A DNA stretch of 55,613 nucleotides from a virus (IMGVR_UViG_3300042938_000869:1-55613); one strand, 5' to 3'. Shown: positions 24,317 through 34,017, counted from the stretch's first letter. Made by a program: numbers and translations. Notes: generated from the sequence alone by a model not told the origin.

Positions 24317-25207
24317 GTGTCCGATAAAAACGAAGGCGACATTGAAATTGTGCTGAAGGACGACGCTGCACCTGAAAAGGAGCAGGATATCGTTCTAGCC
24401 GACGATAAGGCGTCAGAAGGCAAGCCCGAGCTATCCCCCGAGGATGGCATCAGGGAGCTAAAGGTCAGCCTTGAGCGTGAGCGTCAGGCCCGCGTGGAAG
24501 CAGAGCGCAGGGCTCAGCAGCAGGCAGCGCAGGCCCATCTGATGACCCGTGAGGTCGAGGATAACCAGCGCCAGATGCTCTCAAGCGCGCTGGAGATGGT
24601 GAACAGCGAGCGCGTCATGCTCCGGTCTCAGTATGCCGAGGCTATGTCGCAGGGCAATTATGCCATGGTGGCAGAGATCAACGACCGCATGAACGATCTG
24701 GCCGTAAAGGCCAACGTGATCGAGCAGGGCCGTGACGCCATGGAGGGCCAGCAGAAGCAGCAGAAGCAGCCGGTACAGCAGCAGCAGCCCTATGCCGGTG
24801 ACCCTGTCGAGGTTTTCGCGGCCCAGCTTACGCCTAGATCTGCCTCGTGGGTGCGCGAACACCCTGAGTTCGTCCGTGACCAGAAGCTCAATCGCAAAAT
24901 GCTGGCCGCACACGAGCTTGCCGTGGCGGATGGTATTTCCCCGGACAGCGATGAGTACTTCGATCACGTCGAGGGCACCCTTGGCGTGAACCGGGCGGCT
25001 GATCAGGAGGAAGCCCCAAAACACCAGCGCCGTGCGGCTCCGGCAATCGCCCCTGTGACCCGCGCCAGCATGAATGGCGATGGAAGTCGTCCCAATGTTG
25101 TCCGTTTGAGCGCAGAGCAGCGTGAGATGGCTTCAATAATGGGCATGACCCCCGAGGAATATGCCCGGAACATGCGAGATTTGAAGCGCGAAGGGCGCAT
25201 GAACTGA
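24317..25207 (+). CDS. Capsid scaffolding protein
   Basis: Acidic N-terminus, coiled coil and C-terminal VRLSAEQREMA..MGMTPEEYAR; lies upstream of the capsid genes. Confidence 0.75.
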   Translation: MSDKNEGDIEIVLKDDAAPEKEQDIVLADDKASEGKPELSPEDGIRELKVSLERERQARVEAERRAQQQAAQAHLMTREVEDNQRQMLSSALEMVNSERVMLRSQYAEAMSQGNYAMVAEINDRMNDLAVKANVIEQGRDAMEGQQKQQKQPVQQQQPYAGDPVEVFAAQLTPRSASWVREHPEFVRDQKLNRKMLAAHELAVADGISPDSDEYFDHVEGTLGVNRAADQEEAPKHQRRAAPAIAPVTRASMNGDGSRPNVVRLSAEQREMASIMGMTPEEYARNMRDLKREGRMN

Positions 25208-25740
25208 TGGAGAGAGATATGGAAGACGCAAAGATTGTGAAGCCGACGGCGGACCCGAAAAAGAGCCGCCTGTCGTCTCTTCAGTCCGCAAAAAAGCGCG
25301 CTGATGAGATCCGCCAGCACGGCGGTGATCTGGAAGACGGCACCGATGACTTCTGGGTCGACGCCAACAGCATTCCTGACGGCTGGACCTACGAGTGGAA
25401 GCGGTTCACCGTCTTCGGGCAGGAGGATCCGTCCTATCAGGTGGCGCTTCGCCGCTCTGGCTGGGAGCCTGTCCCTGCCTCCCGGCACCCCGAGATGATG
25501 CCGATTGGTTATGCCGGTGACGACATCATCCTCCGCAAGGGCATGATGCTGATGGAGCGCCCGAAGGAGATTACGGACGAGATCCGCCTGAAGGAAAAGA
25601 AGGCTGCCCGCGATCAGGTCCGCGTGAAGGAGCAGCAGCTTAATGAGGCCCCTGCGGGGCAGTTTGAGCGCAGCAACAAGGACGCACCGCTGGCCAAGGT
25701 GAAGAAGGCCTTTGAGCCGATCCCGATTCCCGAGGATTGA
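25207..25740 (+). CDS. Conserved head-module hypothetical protein
   Basis: IPDGWTYEWKR...GWEPVP..RHPE...GMMLMERPKE. Probable start ATG 25219. Confidence 0.75.
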   Translation: MERDMEDAKIVKPTADPKKSRLSSLQSAKKRADEIRQHGGDLEDGTDDFWVDANSIPDGWTYEWKRFTVFGQEDPSYQVALRRSGWEPVPASRHPEMMPIGYAGDDIILRKGMMLMERPKEITDEIRLKEKKAARDQVRVKEQQLNEAPAGQFERSNKDAPLAKVKKAFEPIPIPED

Positions 25741-25765
25741 TCCTCCCATCACCCTCGATCTACTG

Positions 25766-25789
25766 GGCCCGCTTCGGCGGGCCTTTTTT
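25766..25789 (+). terminator. Rho-independent terminator
   Basis: GGCCCGC-TTCG-GCGGGCC-TTTTTT. Confidence 0.85.
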
Positions 25790-25790
25790 C

Positions 25791-25882
25791 TTGCATCAAA
25801 GCGATGGATGGGGTACAAAAAATTTGTTCACGGCAATGCAAAGCACAATTCCGGCTCGTCGCGCAAGTGACGGGCCTTTTTT
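25791..25882 (+). ncRNA. Candidate ~58-nt small RNA with its own promoter and terminator
   Basis: TTGCAT-N17-TACAAA (25791-25819) and terminator GGCTCGTCGC-GCAA-GTGACGGGCC-TTTTTT (25853-25882). Confidence 0.45.
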
Positions 25883-25889
25883 GTATATG

Positions 25890-25984
25890 TTGACAGCATA
25901 ACCAATTCAGGGTTAATTCGACAAATCCTTCCCCCCGGCGTGGGAAGTTTGATAACCCGGTTTCGTATCGCCCCGGTGCGCGAT
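25890..25984 (+). promoter_or_regulatory. Capsid operon promoter and leader with CCCGG-loop hairpins
   Basis: TTGACA at 25890; CTTCCC-CCCGGCGT-GGGAAG, GATA-ACCCGGTTTCG-TATC, ATCGC-CCCGGTGC-GCGAT. Confidence 0.55.
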
Positions 25985-26015
25985 GATCGAGGCCATCCCT
26001 GAAAAGGTAAATCCC

Positions 26016-26975
26016 ATGGCGAATACCTTCGCTCCGTTTGGGTTCGATCAGTACAAGGGCACCGGTGCTGCGCCGACGTTCGAGCAGGTTCCTGCCGCCA
26101 TTGCTACTGCGAACACGACCCCGATTTTCTCCGGTGACCCGGTTATGCAGGCCGCCAATTCGACTGGCGTCGGCACTGGCTACATCACGCAGGCCACCGG
26201 CCCCGTGACGCTGACCGTTTCGGCAACTGGTATCGCCACCGTGGCGACCGGCGCTATGACGATCACGTTCACCGCGATTTCCAGCGCCACTGCGAATATC
26301 CCGACCTTCGCCTCTACCAATTGGGCGCCTCCGGTTGGCTCGACCATCGTTGTGTCAAATGCCACTGGCGTTCCAAACGGTGCTTTCACGGTCATTTCTG
26401 CGACCTCAACCACTGCTGTGGTTCAGAGCACTACCACTACCGCTGCCACATCGTCGGCTTCCACCCCGGTGGTTACCGTGTTCGTGCCGGTCGCTGGCAT
26501 CTTCGTTGGTTGCAAGTACCTGTCGACCTCGCAGAAGCGCACCGTCTGGTCGGCCTATTGGCCCGGCTCCGATGCGACCGGCGACGTTCTCGCCTATGTC
26601 ATCAGCGACCCGAATGCCCAGTTCCTCGTTCAGACCGCCAATTCGAACACGACGGCGACTGCCGTTGGCGTCGGGTCCGTCGGTCAGAATATCGGCTTCA
26701 ACTGGAACGACAGCACCGCCACGGGCGAAACCAACGGCAACACTGCCAGCGGTCAGTCCACCTTCTTTGCCGATCAGCGCTCGCTGATTGAAAACTCGGC
26801 GGCGGGCTCGCCCAGCAATGCCTACCTGCCGTTCCGTGTCGTTTCCCTTGCCAATTACATCCCGGGCCAGACCAGCCCGCTGGTGAGCGTCAACGGCAAC
26901 GACCCCACCTCTGGTTACAACAGCATCGTTGTTGGTTTCAACAACGCCATGCCGCGTAACTTCAACGGCATTTAA
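26016..26975 (+). CDS. Capsid cement/decoration protein with Thr/Ala-rich beta insert
   Basis: MANTFAPFGF...IFSGDPV...GIFVGCKY...AYVISDPNAQF; immediately upstream of the major capsid gene. Confidence 0.7.
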   Translation: MANTFAPFGFDQYKGTGAAPTFEQVPAAIATANTTPIFSGDPVMQAANSTGVGTGYITQATGPVTLTVSATGIATVATGAMTITFTAISSATANIPTFASTNWAPPVGSTIVVSNATGVPNGAFTVISATSTTAVVQSTTTTAATSSASTPVVTVFVPVAGIFVGCKYLSTSQKRTVWSAYWPGSDATGDVLAYVISDPNAQFLVQTANSNTTATAVGVGSVGQNIGFNWNDSTATGETNGNTASGQSTFFADQRSLIENSAAGSPSNAYLPFRVVSLANYIPGQTSPLVSVNGNDPTSGYNSIVVGFNNAMPRNFNGI

Positions 26976-26988
26976 GGAGTAGGTTAAA

Positions 26989-27900
26989 ATGGCTGTTAAT
27001 CTTTCAGCAATCAAAGACCTTCTCCTCCCCGGTCTGCGGGGCGTTGAGGGCAAGTACGAGATGATCCCATCTCAGTACGACAAGATCTTCACCAAGCACG
27101 ACAGCAAGATGGCTCTCGAGCGTACCGCCGAAATGCGGTACCTCGGCCTCGCGCAGCTGAAGACCGAGGGCGGCCAGACCGCCTTCGACAACGGCGCTGG
27201 CGAACGCTACGTGTACAATCAGGAACACGTGGAAATCGGTCTGGGCTACGCCATCACTCGCAAGGCGATTGATGACAACCTCTACAAGACCCAGTTCCAC
27301 CCGTCGAACCTCGGTCTGATTGAGAGCTTCCAGCAGACCAAGGAAATCTACGGCGCGTCGATCCTGAACACGGCTACCACCTACAACAACAGCGTTGGCG
27401 GTGATGGCAAGTCTCTGATCGCCACCGATCACCCGATTGACGGCGGCACTGTTGCCAATCGTCCGTCGGTTGACGTGGACCTGAACGAAGCCACCCTGCT
27501 GAACGGCATGATTGCGGTTCGTACGAGCTTCAAGGATCAGGCTGGTCTGAAGGTCTTCGCGCGTGCCCGCAAGCTCGTCGTTCCGCCGCAGCTTGAGCCG
27601 GTTGCTATCCGCCTTACCCAGACGGAACTGCGTCCGGGCACTGCGGACAACGACGTGAACGCGATCAAGGGCACCAGTGGCGGTCTGCCGGAGGGGTTCC
27701 TCACGAACGACTTCCTGACCTCGTCGCGCAACTGGTTCCTGCTGACCAACATCGATGGTCTCTCCTACATGGAGCGCATCAAGTTCGAGACGGACATGCA
27801 GGTCGACTTCGTGACCGACAACCTTCTGGTGAAGGGTTACGAGCGCTACTCGTTCGGATATTACAATTGGCGTTCCATTTGGGGTTCGCTCCCGTCTTAA
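26989..27900 (+). CDS. Major capsid protein (HK97 fold)
   Basis: LLLPGL, K.EG...FD, LGYAITRKAIDDNLY, GGDGK.L....HP, KLVVPPQL, ERYSFG..NWR; AAGGAG RBS. Confidence 0.92.
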   Translation: MAVNLSAIKDLLLPGLRGVEGKYEMIPSQYDKIFTKHDSKMALERTAEMRYLGLAQLKTEGGQTAFDNGAGERYVYNQEHVEIGLGYAITRKAIDDNLYKTQFHPSNLGLIESFQQTKEIYGASILNTATTYNNSVGGDGKSLIATDHPIDGGTVANRPSVDVDLNEATLLNGMIAVRTSFKDQAGLKVFARARKLVVPPQLEPVAIRLTQTELRPGTADNDVNAIKGTSGGLPEGFLTNDFLTSSRNWFLLTNIDGLSYMERIKFETDMQVDFVTDNLLVKGYERYSFGYYNWRSIWGSLPS

Positions 27901-27951
27901 TCTGGGCCAAGGCCCCTCTTTCGGGAGGGGCCGCAATGAAAGGGAAAGCCA

Positions 27952-28416
27952 ATGGGCGCTTCTCATTTTACTGGCCCTCTTATTTCGGGGCCGATCCTGA
28001 ATACCTCGGGCACCACGCTCGGGCAGGACGTGGCTGACGTCGGCTATGTTATGATGGCTCAGGCTCAGGCAATCACGCAGATTGGCACCTATAGTGCTAC
28101 TGCGGGGTTTGCTACGGGCGTCGTCATCCCGGCCTACAGCCTTATCGTCGGCATTGACTTGCTGGCAACGACGGGGTGGACGGCTGGCAACCTCAGCATT
28201 GGCACATCTTCTGCCTCTACTGAGCTTTCCGTTGCCACTGCGCCCACCGCTATTGGGTTTTCTGCTCTGTCCCCCGGGACCGATGCCACGCGCACCGGGA
28301 CGTGGATCAGCGTAGGCTCGAGCGATGTTCGCATCTACGTTCTGTCAAGCACCAATGCCACCGGCGGTGTCGGTACGCTTGTCGTTCGTTATGTCCAAGC
28401 CATCAATGCCCCGTAA
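27952..28416 (+). CDS. Virion structural protein (head decoration/fibre-like)
   Basis: MGASHFTGPL..G start, VIPA.S.I, LSIGTS, LVVRYVQ; follows the major capsid gene. Confidence 0.65.
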   Translation: MGASHFTGPLISGPILNTSGTTLGQDVADVGYVMMAQAQAITQIGTYSATAGFATGVVIPAYSLIVGIDLLATTGWTAGNLSIGTSSASTELSVATAPTAIGFSALSPGTDATRTGTWISVGSSDVRIYVLSSTNATGGVGTLVVRYVQAINAP

Positions 28417-28432
28417 TCCGTAGGAGGATCAT

Positions 28433-28729
28433 ATGAAGGGTCGTAAGGGTCGTGCCACGGGTGGCGATGCCACTGTGGGCACCAAAGAGTACGAGCAGGA
28501 TCTTGCTCACAAGAACCAGCGTTACACCTACCAGAGCAAGGTGAACGACGCTGCCGAAGAGCGTAAGCACGGTGGCAAGACGGTCGGCAAGGCTGACGGG
28601 ATTGCTGCCAAGAAGCACGGCGGGCGCATGGCGCGCAAGTCGGGCGGCCGCACGGGTTCCAACATGAACCCGCTGTCTTCGGCTGCTTCGGGTACCGCCC
28701 CCACCGGGCGCAAGCTCCAGATGAACTAA
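28433..28729 (+). CDS. Small basic xxxGG-motif protein
   Basis: RATGG, RKHGG, KKHGG, RKSGG; AGGAGG RBS. Confidence 0.8.
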   Translation: MKGRKGRATGGDATVGTKEYEQDLAHKNQRYTYQSKVNDAAEERKHGGKTVGKADGIAAKKHGGRMARKSGGRTGSNMNPLSSAASGTAPTGRKLQMN

Positions 28730-28732
28730 GTG

Positions 28733-28758
28733 GTGGGGCTTCGGCCCCACTTTTCTTT
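28733..28758 (+). terminator. Rho-independent terminator
   Basis: GTGGGGC-TTCG-GCCCCAC-TTTTCTTT. Confidence 0.8.
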
Positions 28759-28770
28759 CCCGAGGGTAGC

Positions 28771-29046
28771 ATGGCTAAGACACCAGCTTGGGCTAGGGTT
28801 GCCGGGCAGTCCCCCACGGGCGGATTGAATGACAAGGGGCGCGCCTCTTTGAAGGCTGCGGGGCACGACATCAAGATGCCGGTTACCTCAAAACAGGCTC
28901 AAAAATCTGATGCTGATGCCGAAAGGCGAGAAAATTTCAAAAAACGTATGTGCGGCATGAAAAATAAGCTCACTTCTGATAAAGTGGCTATTGATCCAAA
29001 CAGCAGGATCAATAAGTCGCTTAGAAGGTGGGATGTCGAATGCTAA
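28771..29046 (+). CDS. Conserved basic phage protein (DUF6321-like)
   Basis: PAW.R..G....GGLN.KGRAS...RR..F..RM.GM....DPNSRINKSLRRW. Confidence 0.7.
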   Translation: MAKTPAWARVAGQSPTGGLNDKGRASLKAAGHDIKMPVTSKQAQKSDADAERRENFKKRMCGMKNKLTSDKVAIDPNSRINKSLRRWDVEC

Positions 29047-29459
29047 CATGTGCCCGCTGCAAGCAGCAGAAACCGGAAACACTGGAATTTTTCCCACCGC
29101 ATAAGCGGAAAACCAATGGGTTGGATAGCTGGTGCCGCACGTGTCGGTCTGAATACAGAAAACAGACTAGGCTCCCTAATGGCATCAAGCCTGAAGAGCA
29201 TAATAGGGCGTACGCCGCCAGAGAAACCGGCGTATGTGTAATATGCGGACAAACTGTTTTTGTCGTTATTGATCACGATCACGCCACGGGCATGGTGCGT
29301 GGGGCTTTATGCACAAACTGCAATCTGGGTTTAGGGCACTTTAAAGATGACCCCGAGCTTCTGGAATTTGCGGCTTTATATCTAAAAGGTCAGTGCGCCT
29401 GCGGTAATTGCAAACCAGTTTGGGGCGGCTTGCCTCTGTTCTCTCACAAGGAACATTAA
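29040..29459 (+). CDS. Endonuclease VII-like (His-Me finger) putative homing endonuclease
   Basis: CARC...CRTC N-terminal finger; CVICG....IDHDHATGMVRGALCTNCNLGLGHFKD. Confidence 0.85.
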   Translation: MLTCARCKQQKPETLEFFPPHKRKTNGLDSWCRTCRSEYRKQTRLPNGIKPEEHNRAYAARETGVCVICGQTVFVVIDHDHATGMVRGALCTNCNLGLGHFKDDPELLEFAALYLKGQCACGNCKPVWGGLPLFSHKEH

Positions 29460-29460
29460 A

Positions 29461-29637
29461 ATGCCCATGAAAAAGGACATTCCCGTCTGGGACAAGGGCC
29501 TCCCGAAAGACCACAAATCGAAGCCCATGACGACTAAGCAGGTGGCTCAGGCGAAGGCCATGGCCCGCTCCGCTGGACGGCCCTACCCGAATGCGGTAGA
29601 CAATATCAGGGCTTCAAGAGCCTCTAAAAAGAGCTAA
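29461..29637 (+). CDS. Small basic protein (58 aa)
   Basis: Manual translation MPMKKDIPVWDK...QVAQAKAMARSAGRPYPNAVDNIRASR; AAGGA RBS. Not in the ORF track. Confidence 0.7.
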   Translation: MPMKKDIPVWDKGLPKDHKSKPMTTKQVAQAKAMARSAGRPYPNAVDNIRASRASKKS

Positions 29638-29655
29638 TTCACAAGGAGCGCGCTG

Positions 29656-30306
29656 ATGCGCCCGATTACTGTCACTGTGGGCCCGCTGGTTGCAGCTTCT
29701 GCAAATGCGATTTGCCTCTCGCAGACCCCGTCGGCAGGCGCTCTGACGCTGAACGGTGCTCTCGCATCTGGCGGCGTGGCAACGCTGGACACGGCCCGTC
29801 GGGTGCTGATCACCTGCACGGGTAATGAGAGCGCCAAGACATTTACGATTACGGGTACGTCGTGGTCTGGTGGCAGCCAGTCTGAGATTTTGGCGGGGTC
29901 TAACGCCAGCACGTCCCAGTCGGTTCTGGATTACAAGACTGTTACCTCGATCACGATCAGCGCGACTGCAGCCAACGCGCTGACTGTGGGCACGAACACC
30001 GTTGCGTCCTCGCCTTGGGTGGCGTTTGACAGCTGGGCAATGCCGATGACGGCCATCCAGTGTACGGTGAGTGGCACGGCTAACTACACCGTCCAGCAGA
30101 CGCTGGATGACCCCAACAGCCTTATCTCGCCTGTAGCTGCTGCTTTGGTGTCGTGGGTCAATCACCCTGATACCAATCTGGTTGGCGCGTCGACGACCGT
30201 GCAGGGCAATTACGGGTACGCTCCCGTGTTTGCGAAAGTAACGCTGAACAGCGGTACGGGCGGGGTGACGGCGACGTTCTCGCAGGCGAGTGTAGTGCCC
30301 TCGTAA
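29656..30306 (+). CDS. Virion structural protein
   Basis: Beta-rich, Thr/Ser/Ala-rich; YTVQQTLDDP; AAGGAG RBS. Confidence 0.7.
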   Translation: MRPITVTVGPLVAASANAICLSQTPSAGALTLNGALASGGVATLDTARRVLITCTGNESAKTFTITGTSWSGGSQSEILAGSNASTSQSVLDYKTVTSITISATAANALTVGTNTVASSPWVAFDSWAMPMTAIQCTVSGTANYTVQQTLDDPNSLISPVAAALVSWVNHPDTNLVGASTTVQGNYGYAPVFAKVTLNSGTGGVTATFSQASVVPS

Positions 30307-30318
30307 GGAGGCTCGTAA

Positions 30319-32226
30319 ATGCCGGGTCTTTTTACTGGTGCTACTGGCACATGGGGCGGCTTTGCAGGGCTCCTGTACGGCTCAACATCGCTGTCTACAC
30401 CCCCCGGCCTTTTGGCTGATGTGGGCGCGAGCTTTTCCCCGGCCTCGCTGTTCGCTGCTGGCGAGCCGGGCGTCTGGTATGACCCGTCCGACTTCAGCAC
30501 GATGTTTCAGGACAGCGTAGGCACCACGCCCGTAACGGCGGTGGAGCAGCCTGTCGGGCTGTTGCTGGATAAGTCGCAGGGGCTGGTGCTGGGGCCTGAG
30601 TTGGTCACGAATGGTGACTTCAGCAATGGAACGACGGGGTGGGCAAGTGGAACCTCATTTACCTCCACTGCCGCTGTTGTTTCGGGGGAAATGCAGGTCA
30701 CCCCGACTGTTGACTTCGGGCGGCAATATCAAACCATCACCACGGTCGCTGGGCGCTCGTATCGCTTTACCGGCAGTGGTCGGATAGTTTCCGGCGTCGC
30801 GTTCCCTTACGTGGTCGTGAATAGAGCAGCCAGCCAAGGCGACGACCTGATCGTTCAGTATTTCAGCACAACCTCGTTGGTCAACTTTTCGTACGTTTTT
30901 ATCGCAACTCAGGCGACTACCAACATCATTTTGTCATCGCGAACAGGAACGGTAGGCGGTTTCGACAACATCTCCGTCAAACTCCTCCCCGGCAACCACG
31001 CCACGCAGTCCACCTCCGCCTCCCGCCCCGTGCTGAGCGCAAGGGTGAATTTGCTCACGAAGACCGAGCAGTTTGATGATGCGGTGTGGTTGAAATTCGA
31101 CGCGTCCTCGCCTCCTCCTGCTGTATCCGCCCCCGACAATACGACGACAGCGGACAAATTTGTCGAAGGCACAGGATCATCGGTCCATAGGTTCATTCAG
31201 GCGGGGACTATTGTTTCCGGCACTCAGTATTACTTCTCCGTTTACGCACAGGCAGCGGAGCGGACACGGCTATTGTTGCGGAACAACAATGGCAGTACAG
31301 ACGTAGATACGGTATTCGATTTGACAGGAATTGGCTCTGTCGTATCCGGGTCTGGGGATATCACACCTGTTGGCGGCAATTGGTTTCGGATTGTAAGGAC
31401 ATTTACTGCCGTTGCATCCACGACATCTAACTTCATCAGCCAATTTCTTTTAGTGAACACTGGAACCAACACCTCATATACAGGCGACGGCACTTCGGGC
31501 CTTTATCTTTGGGGCGCAGACCTCCGCGTTGCCAACGACGGCGTGAACCTACCCGTCTACCAGCGCGTTAACACCTCCACCGACTACGACACCACGGGCT
31601 TTCCGTATTACCTGCGCTTTGACGGTACGGACGACAGCATGGCGACGAACACGATCACGCCGGGGATCGACAAGGTGCAGGTGTTCGCTGGGGTGCGGAA
31701 GCTGAGTGACACTGGATTTGGCGCTATCGTTGAGCTTAGTGCTGAACTTGCCGCTAATAACGGATCATTCCTAGTAAGAGGCCCAGAAAGCGGCGCAAAT
31801 TATTTTGTGGGTTCAAAAGGCACTTCCACAGTGTTGAGGACGCTCATAACTTATACTGCGCCGATCACCAACATTATTGCAATGGTGTCTAACATTTCTG
31901 GCCCGCTTATCCAGACAAGGATAAATGGATTAACCGTCGACACCTCTACGGCTTCACAAGGCGCCGGTAACTACCTTGCCTACCCACTCTACATAGGTCG
32001 CCGTGGTGGAACCGCACTCCCCTTAAACGGTCGCATTTACAGCCTGATCACCCGCTTCGGCGCAAACCTTGACGCCACCACGATTGACAACACCGAGCAG
32101 TGGATAAGCGGCAAGATGGGCGGCGGCTATTATCCTACAGGCTACGACTTCTTGGTTGACGCCAATGGTGACCAGATCACCGACGCGAGCGACAACCCAC
32201 TCTTCACGCAAGTGATTTACACGTAA
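30319..32226 (+). CDS. Fibre/spike protein with carbohydrate-binding and lectin-like domains
   Basis: WYDPSD.STMFQD.....PV....PVG...DKS, ELVTNGDFS, NHATQST..SRP, YLRFDGTDD, LYIGRRGG...LNGRIY. Confidence 0.7.
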   Translation: MPGLFTGATGTWGGFAGLLYGSTSLSTPPGLLADVGASFSPASLFAAGEPGVWYDPSDFSTMFQDSVGTTPVTAVEQPVGLLLDKSQGLVLGPELVTNGDFSNGTTGWASGTSFTSTAAVVSGEMQVTPTVDFGRQYQTITTVAGRSYRFTGSGRIVSGVAFPYVVVNRAASQGDDLIVQYFSTTSLVNFSYVFIATQATTNIILSSRTGTVGGFDNISVKLLPGNHATQSTSASRPVLSARVNLLTKTEQFDDAVWLKFDASSPPPAVSAPDNTTTADKFVEGTGSSVHRFIQAGTIVSGTQYYFSVYAQAAERTRLLLRNNNGSTDVDTVFDLTGIGSVVSGSGDITPVGGNWFRIVRTFTAVASTTSNFISQFLLVNTGTNTSYTGDGTSGLYLWGADLRVANDGVNLPVYQRVNTSTDYDTTGFPYYLRFDGTDDSMATNTITPGIDKVQVFAGVRKLSDTGFGAIVELSAELAANNGSFLVRGPESGANYFVGSKGTSTVLRTLITYTAPITNIIAMVSNISGPLIQTRINGLTVDTSTASQGAGNYLAYPLYIGRRGGTALPLNGRIYSLITRFGANLDATTIDNTEQWISGKMGGGYYPTGYDFLVDANGDQITDASDNPLFTQVIYT

Positions 32227-32235
32227 GGACAGAAC

Positions 32236-33456
32236 ATGGCGAACGTCCCGATTTCAGCCTTCACCGTCCCAGCCAATACCGTTGGCATAGGCGCGACTGG
32301 CTACTCCCTCACCGGCTCCTCGTCTGCGAGCTTCATGGACCTTGCGGGAACGTGGAACACGACCGGCACGCCTACGCTCATCAAGGCAAACGTCACCGAC
32401 ACGGCGAGCAATGCGGCTTCGCTGCTGATGGACTTGCAGGTGGGTGGGAACAGTTTGCTCAAGATGAGCAAATCTGGCATCTTAACTTTGGGCTATTCCA
32501 CCCCGGGGATCATTGTCAGCGGCACTGGAAGCCTATACTCGCGCTTCACCACATTTTATGTCGTCGGCACGTCGTCGCTTGACTATTATGCATTTAACAC
32601 TTCTCAGCTAAGAATGGCCAGCAACTTGGGGTTATCGTGGGTGGCTGGTAATGACCCCACCGCAGCCGCAGACCTCACCATCGGTCGCCGTGGCGCAGCC
32701 AACCTCCGCTTCGGCGCTGCCGACGCTGCCGCACCCGTAGCCCAGACGCTCTCCGTCCAGTCCGTCGTTGCAGGCACGACGAACACCGCAGGCGCAGCCC
32801 TCACCATCACCGGCTCGCAGGGCACGGGCACTGGCGCGGGCGGGAGCATCATCTTCCAAGTTGCCCCGGCTGGGTCGTCGGGCACGGCGCAGAATGCGTT
32901 GGCGACGGCGCTTCAGGTCAATGGTAATGGAGGCATCACAGGCCAAGATGGCGCGACTGCCAACACCGTCGCGCTGCGGAATGGTACGGCGGCGCAGGCG
33001 TTTAATCTGTACGGGACATACACGGACGCAAGCAACTATGAGCGGCTAACTGTAAATTTTTCAGGGGGCCAATATAATATTTCTTCAAACGCGCTTGGAA
33101 CAGGCTCCGCACGCGCTGTTGGACTTAGCCTAGGCGCGTCTTTGGGTATTAGTCCTTCAGGAACAACTCCTTTTACTTGGACGGTGACTTCTAGCGGGCA
33201 TTTTCTCGCCAACGCAGACAACAGCTACGACATCGGCGCATCGGGCGCGAGCAGGCCGCGTAGCGTCTATGCCGGAACATCAATCACCCCCGGTCGCGGT
33301 GTAACTGTCGCCACGCTTCCTACGCCCTCGACTGGGATGATCGCCCGCGTGACAGACGCAACGGCTCCCGTAATCGGCGCAACGGTTGCTGGTGGTGGCG
33401 CGGCGTATGCGCTTGTCAATTACAACGGCGCAAACTGGACAGTTATTGGAGTTTAA
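32236..33456 (+). CDS. Fibre-like structural protein
   Basis: Gly/Ala/Thr-rich beta repeats; DNSYDIGASGASRPR; NGANWTV C-terminus. Confidence 0.65.
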   Translation: MANVPISAFTVPANTVGIGATGYSLTGSSSASFMDLAGTWNTTGTPTLIKANVTDTASNAASLLMDLQVGGNSLLKMSKSGILTLGYSTPGIIVSGTGSLYSRFTTFYVVGTSSLDYYAFNTSQLRMASNLGLSWVAGNDPTAAADLTIGRRGAANLRFGAADAAAPVAQTLSVQSVVAGTTNTAGAALTITGSQGTGTGAGGSIIFQVAPAGSSGTAQNALATALQVNGNGGITGQDGATANTVALRNGTAAQAFNLYGTYTDASNYERLTVNFSGGQYNISSNALGTGSARAVGLSLGASLGISPSGTTPFTWTVTSSGHFLANADNSYDIGASGASRPRSVYAGTSITPGRGVTVATLPTPSTGMIARVTDATAPVIGATVAGGGAAYALVNYNGANWTVIGV

Positions 33457-33457
33457 C

Positions 33458-33631
33458 ATGATCACTCTCACCCTGACCCAAGACGAAGTGAATGCCCTCG
33501 GCGCACTGCTGGACGCAGCGGTCAAGGCGACAGGCATTCAAGGTGCCAAGGCCGCCGTGCCGCTCTTCGCCAAGCTGGAGGCCGCCGTGGCCGACGCCAA
33601 CAAGCCCAAAGATACGGAGACTGCGGAATGA
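33458..33631 (+). CDS. Small fibre-associated protein
   Basis: MITLTLTQDEVNAL..LLDAAVKA.G; GGAG RBS; ATGA coupling. Confidence 0.7.
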   Translation: MITLTLTQDEVNALGALLDAAVKATGIQGAKAAVPLFAKLEAAVADANKPKDTETAE

Positions 33632-34017
33632 CAATTTCTTACGCTTGGGCCGTCAATCAGATGACCGCTTATCCTGAGTTCGCTGGCCAGCAGGATGTCG
33701 TCTTCCAGATTGCGTGGGTCTGCTCTGCGACGGACGGGACGTACAACGCAGCGGCCTATGGCACGGTCGATGTTACCTATGTCGCTGACAGCCCCTACAC
33801 GCCCTATGAAGACATCACGCTCGAGCAGGCAAACGGCTGGGTGGCAGGCGCGTTGGGCGAGGAAGGCATTGCCAAGGCCTACGCGGATTGCGATGCGGCC
33901 ATTGCCGACCAGAGCGCGCAGGATAAGCCTGTGACACCGCCGCTGCCGTGGAATGTCCCGACGCCTGCGCCAGAGCCTGAGCCCGTGCCTGAGCCTGAGC
34001 CTGAGCCTGAAGAATGA
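33628..34017 (+). CDS. Fibre-associated protein (DUF7936-like) with PE-repeat tail
   Basis: Y.W.V..M..YP.....DVV....W...YTPY..IT.EQ..GW...PPLPW. Confidence 0.65.
   Translation: MTISYAWAVNQMTAYPEFAGQQDVVFQIAWVCSATDGTYNAAAYGTVDVTYVADSPYTPYEDITLEQANGWVAGALGEEGIAKAYADCDAAIADQSAQDKPVTPPLPWNVPTPAPEPEPVPEPEPEPEE

Noticed and set aside
27911-27932. Hairpin after the major capsid gene as a terminator
   Set aside because: The stem is strong but has no U-tract. It is more likely a stabilising or processing hairpin, so it was not called.
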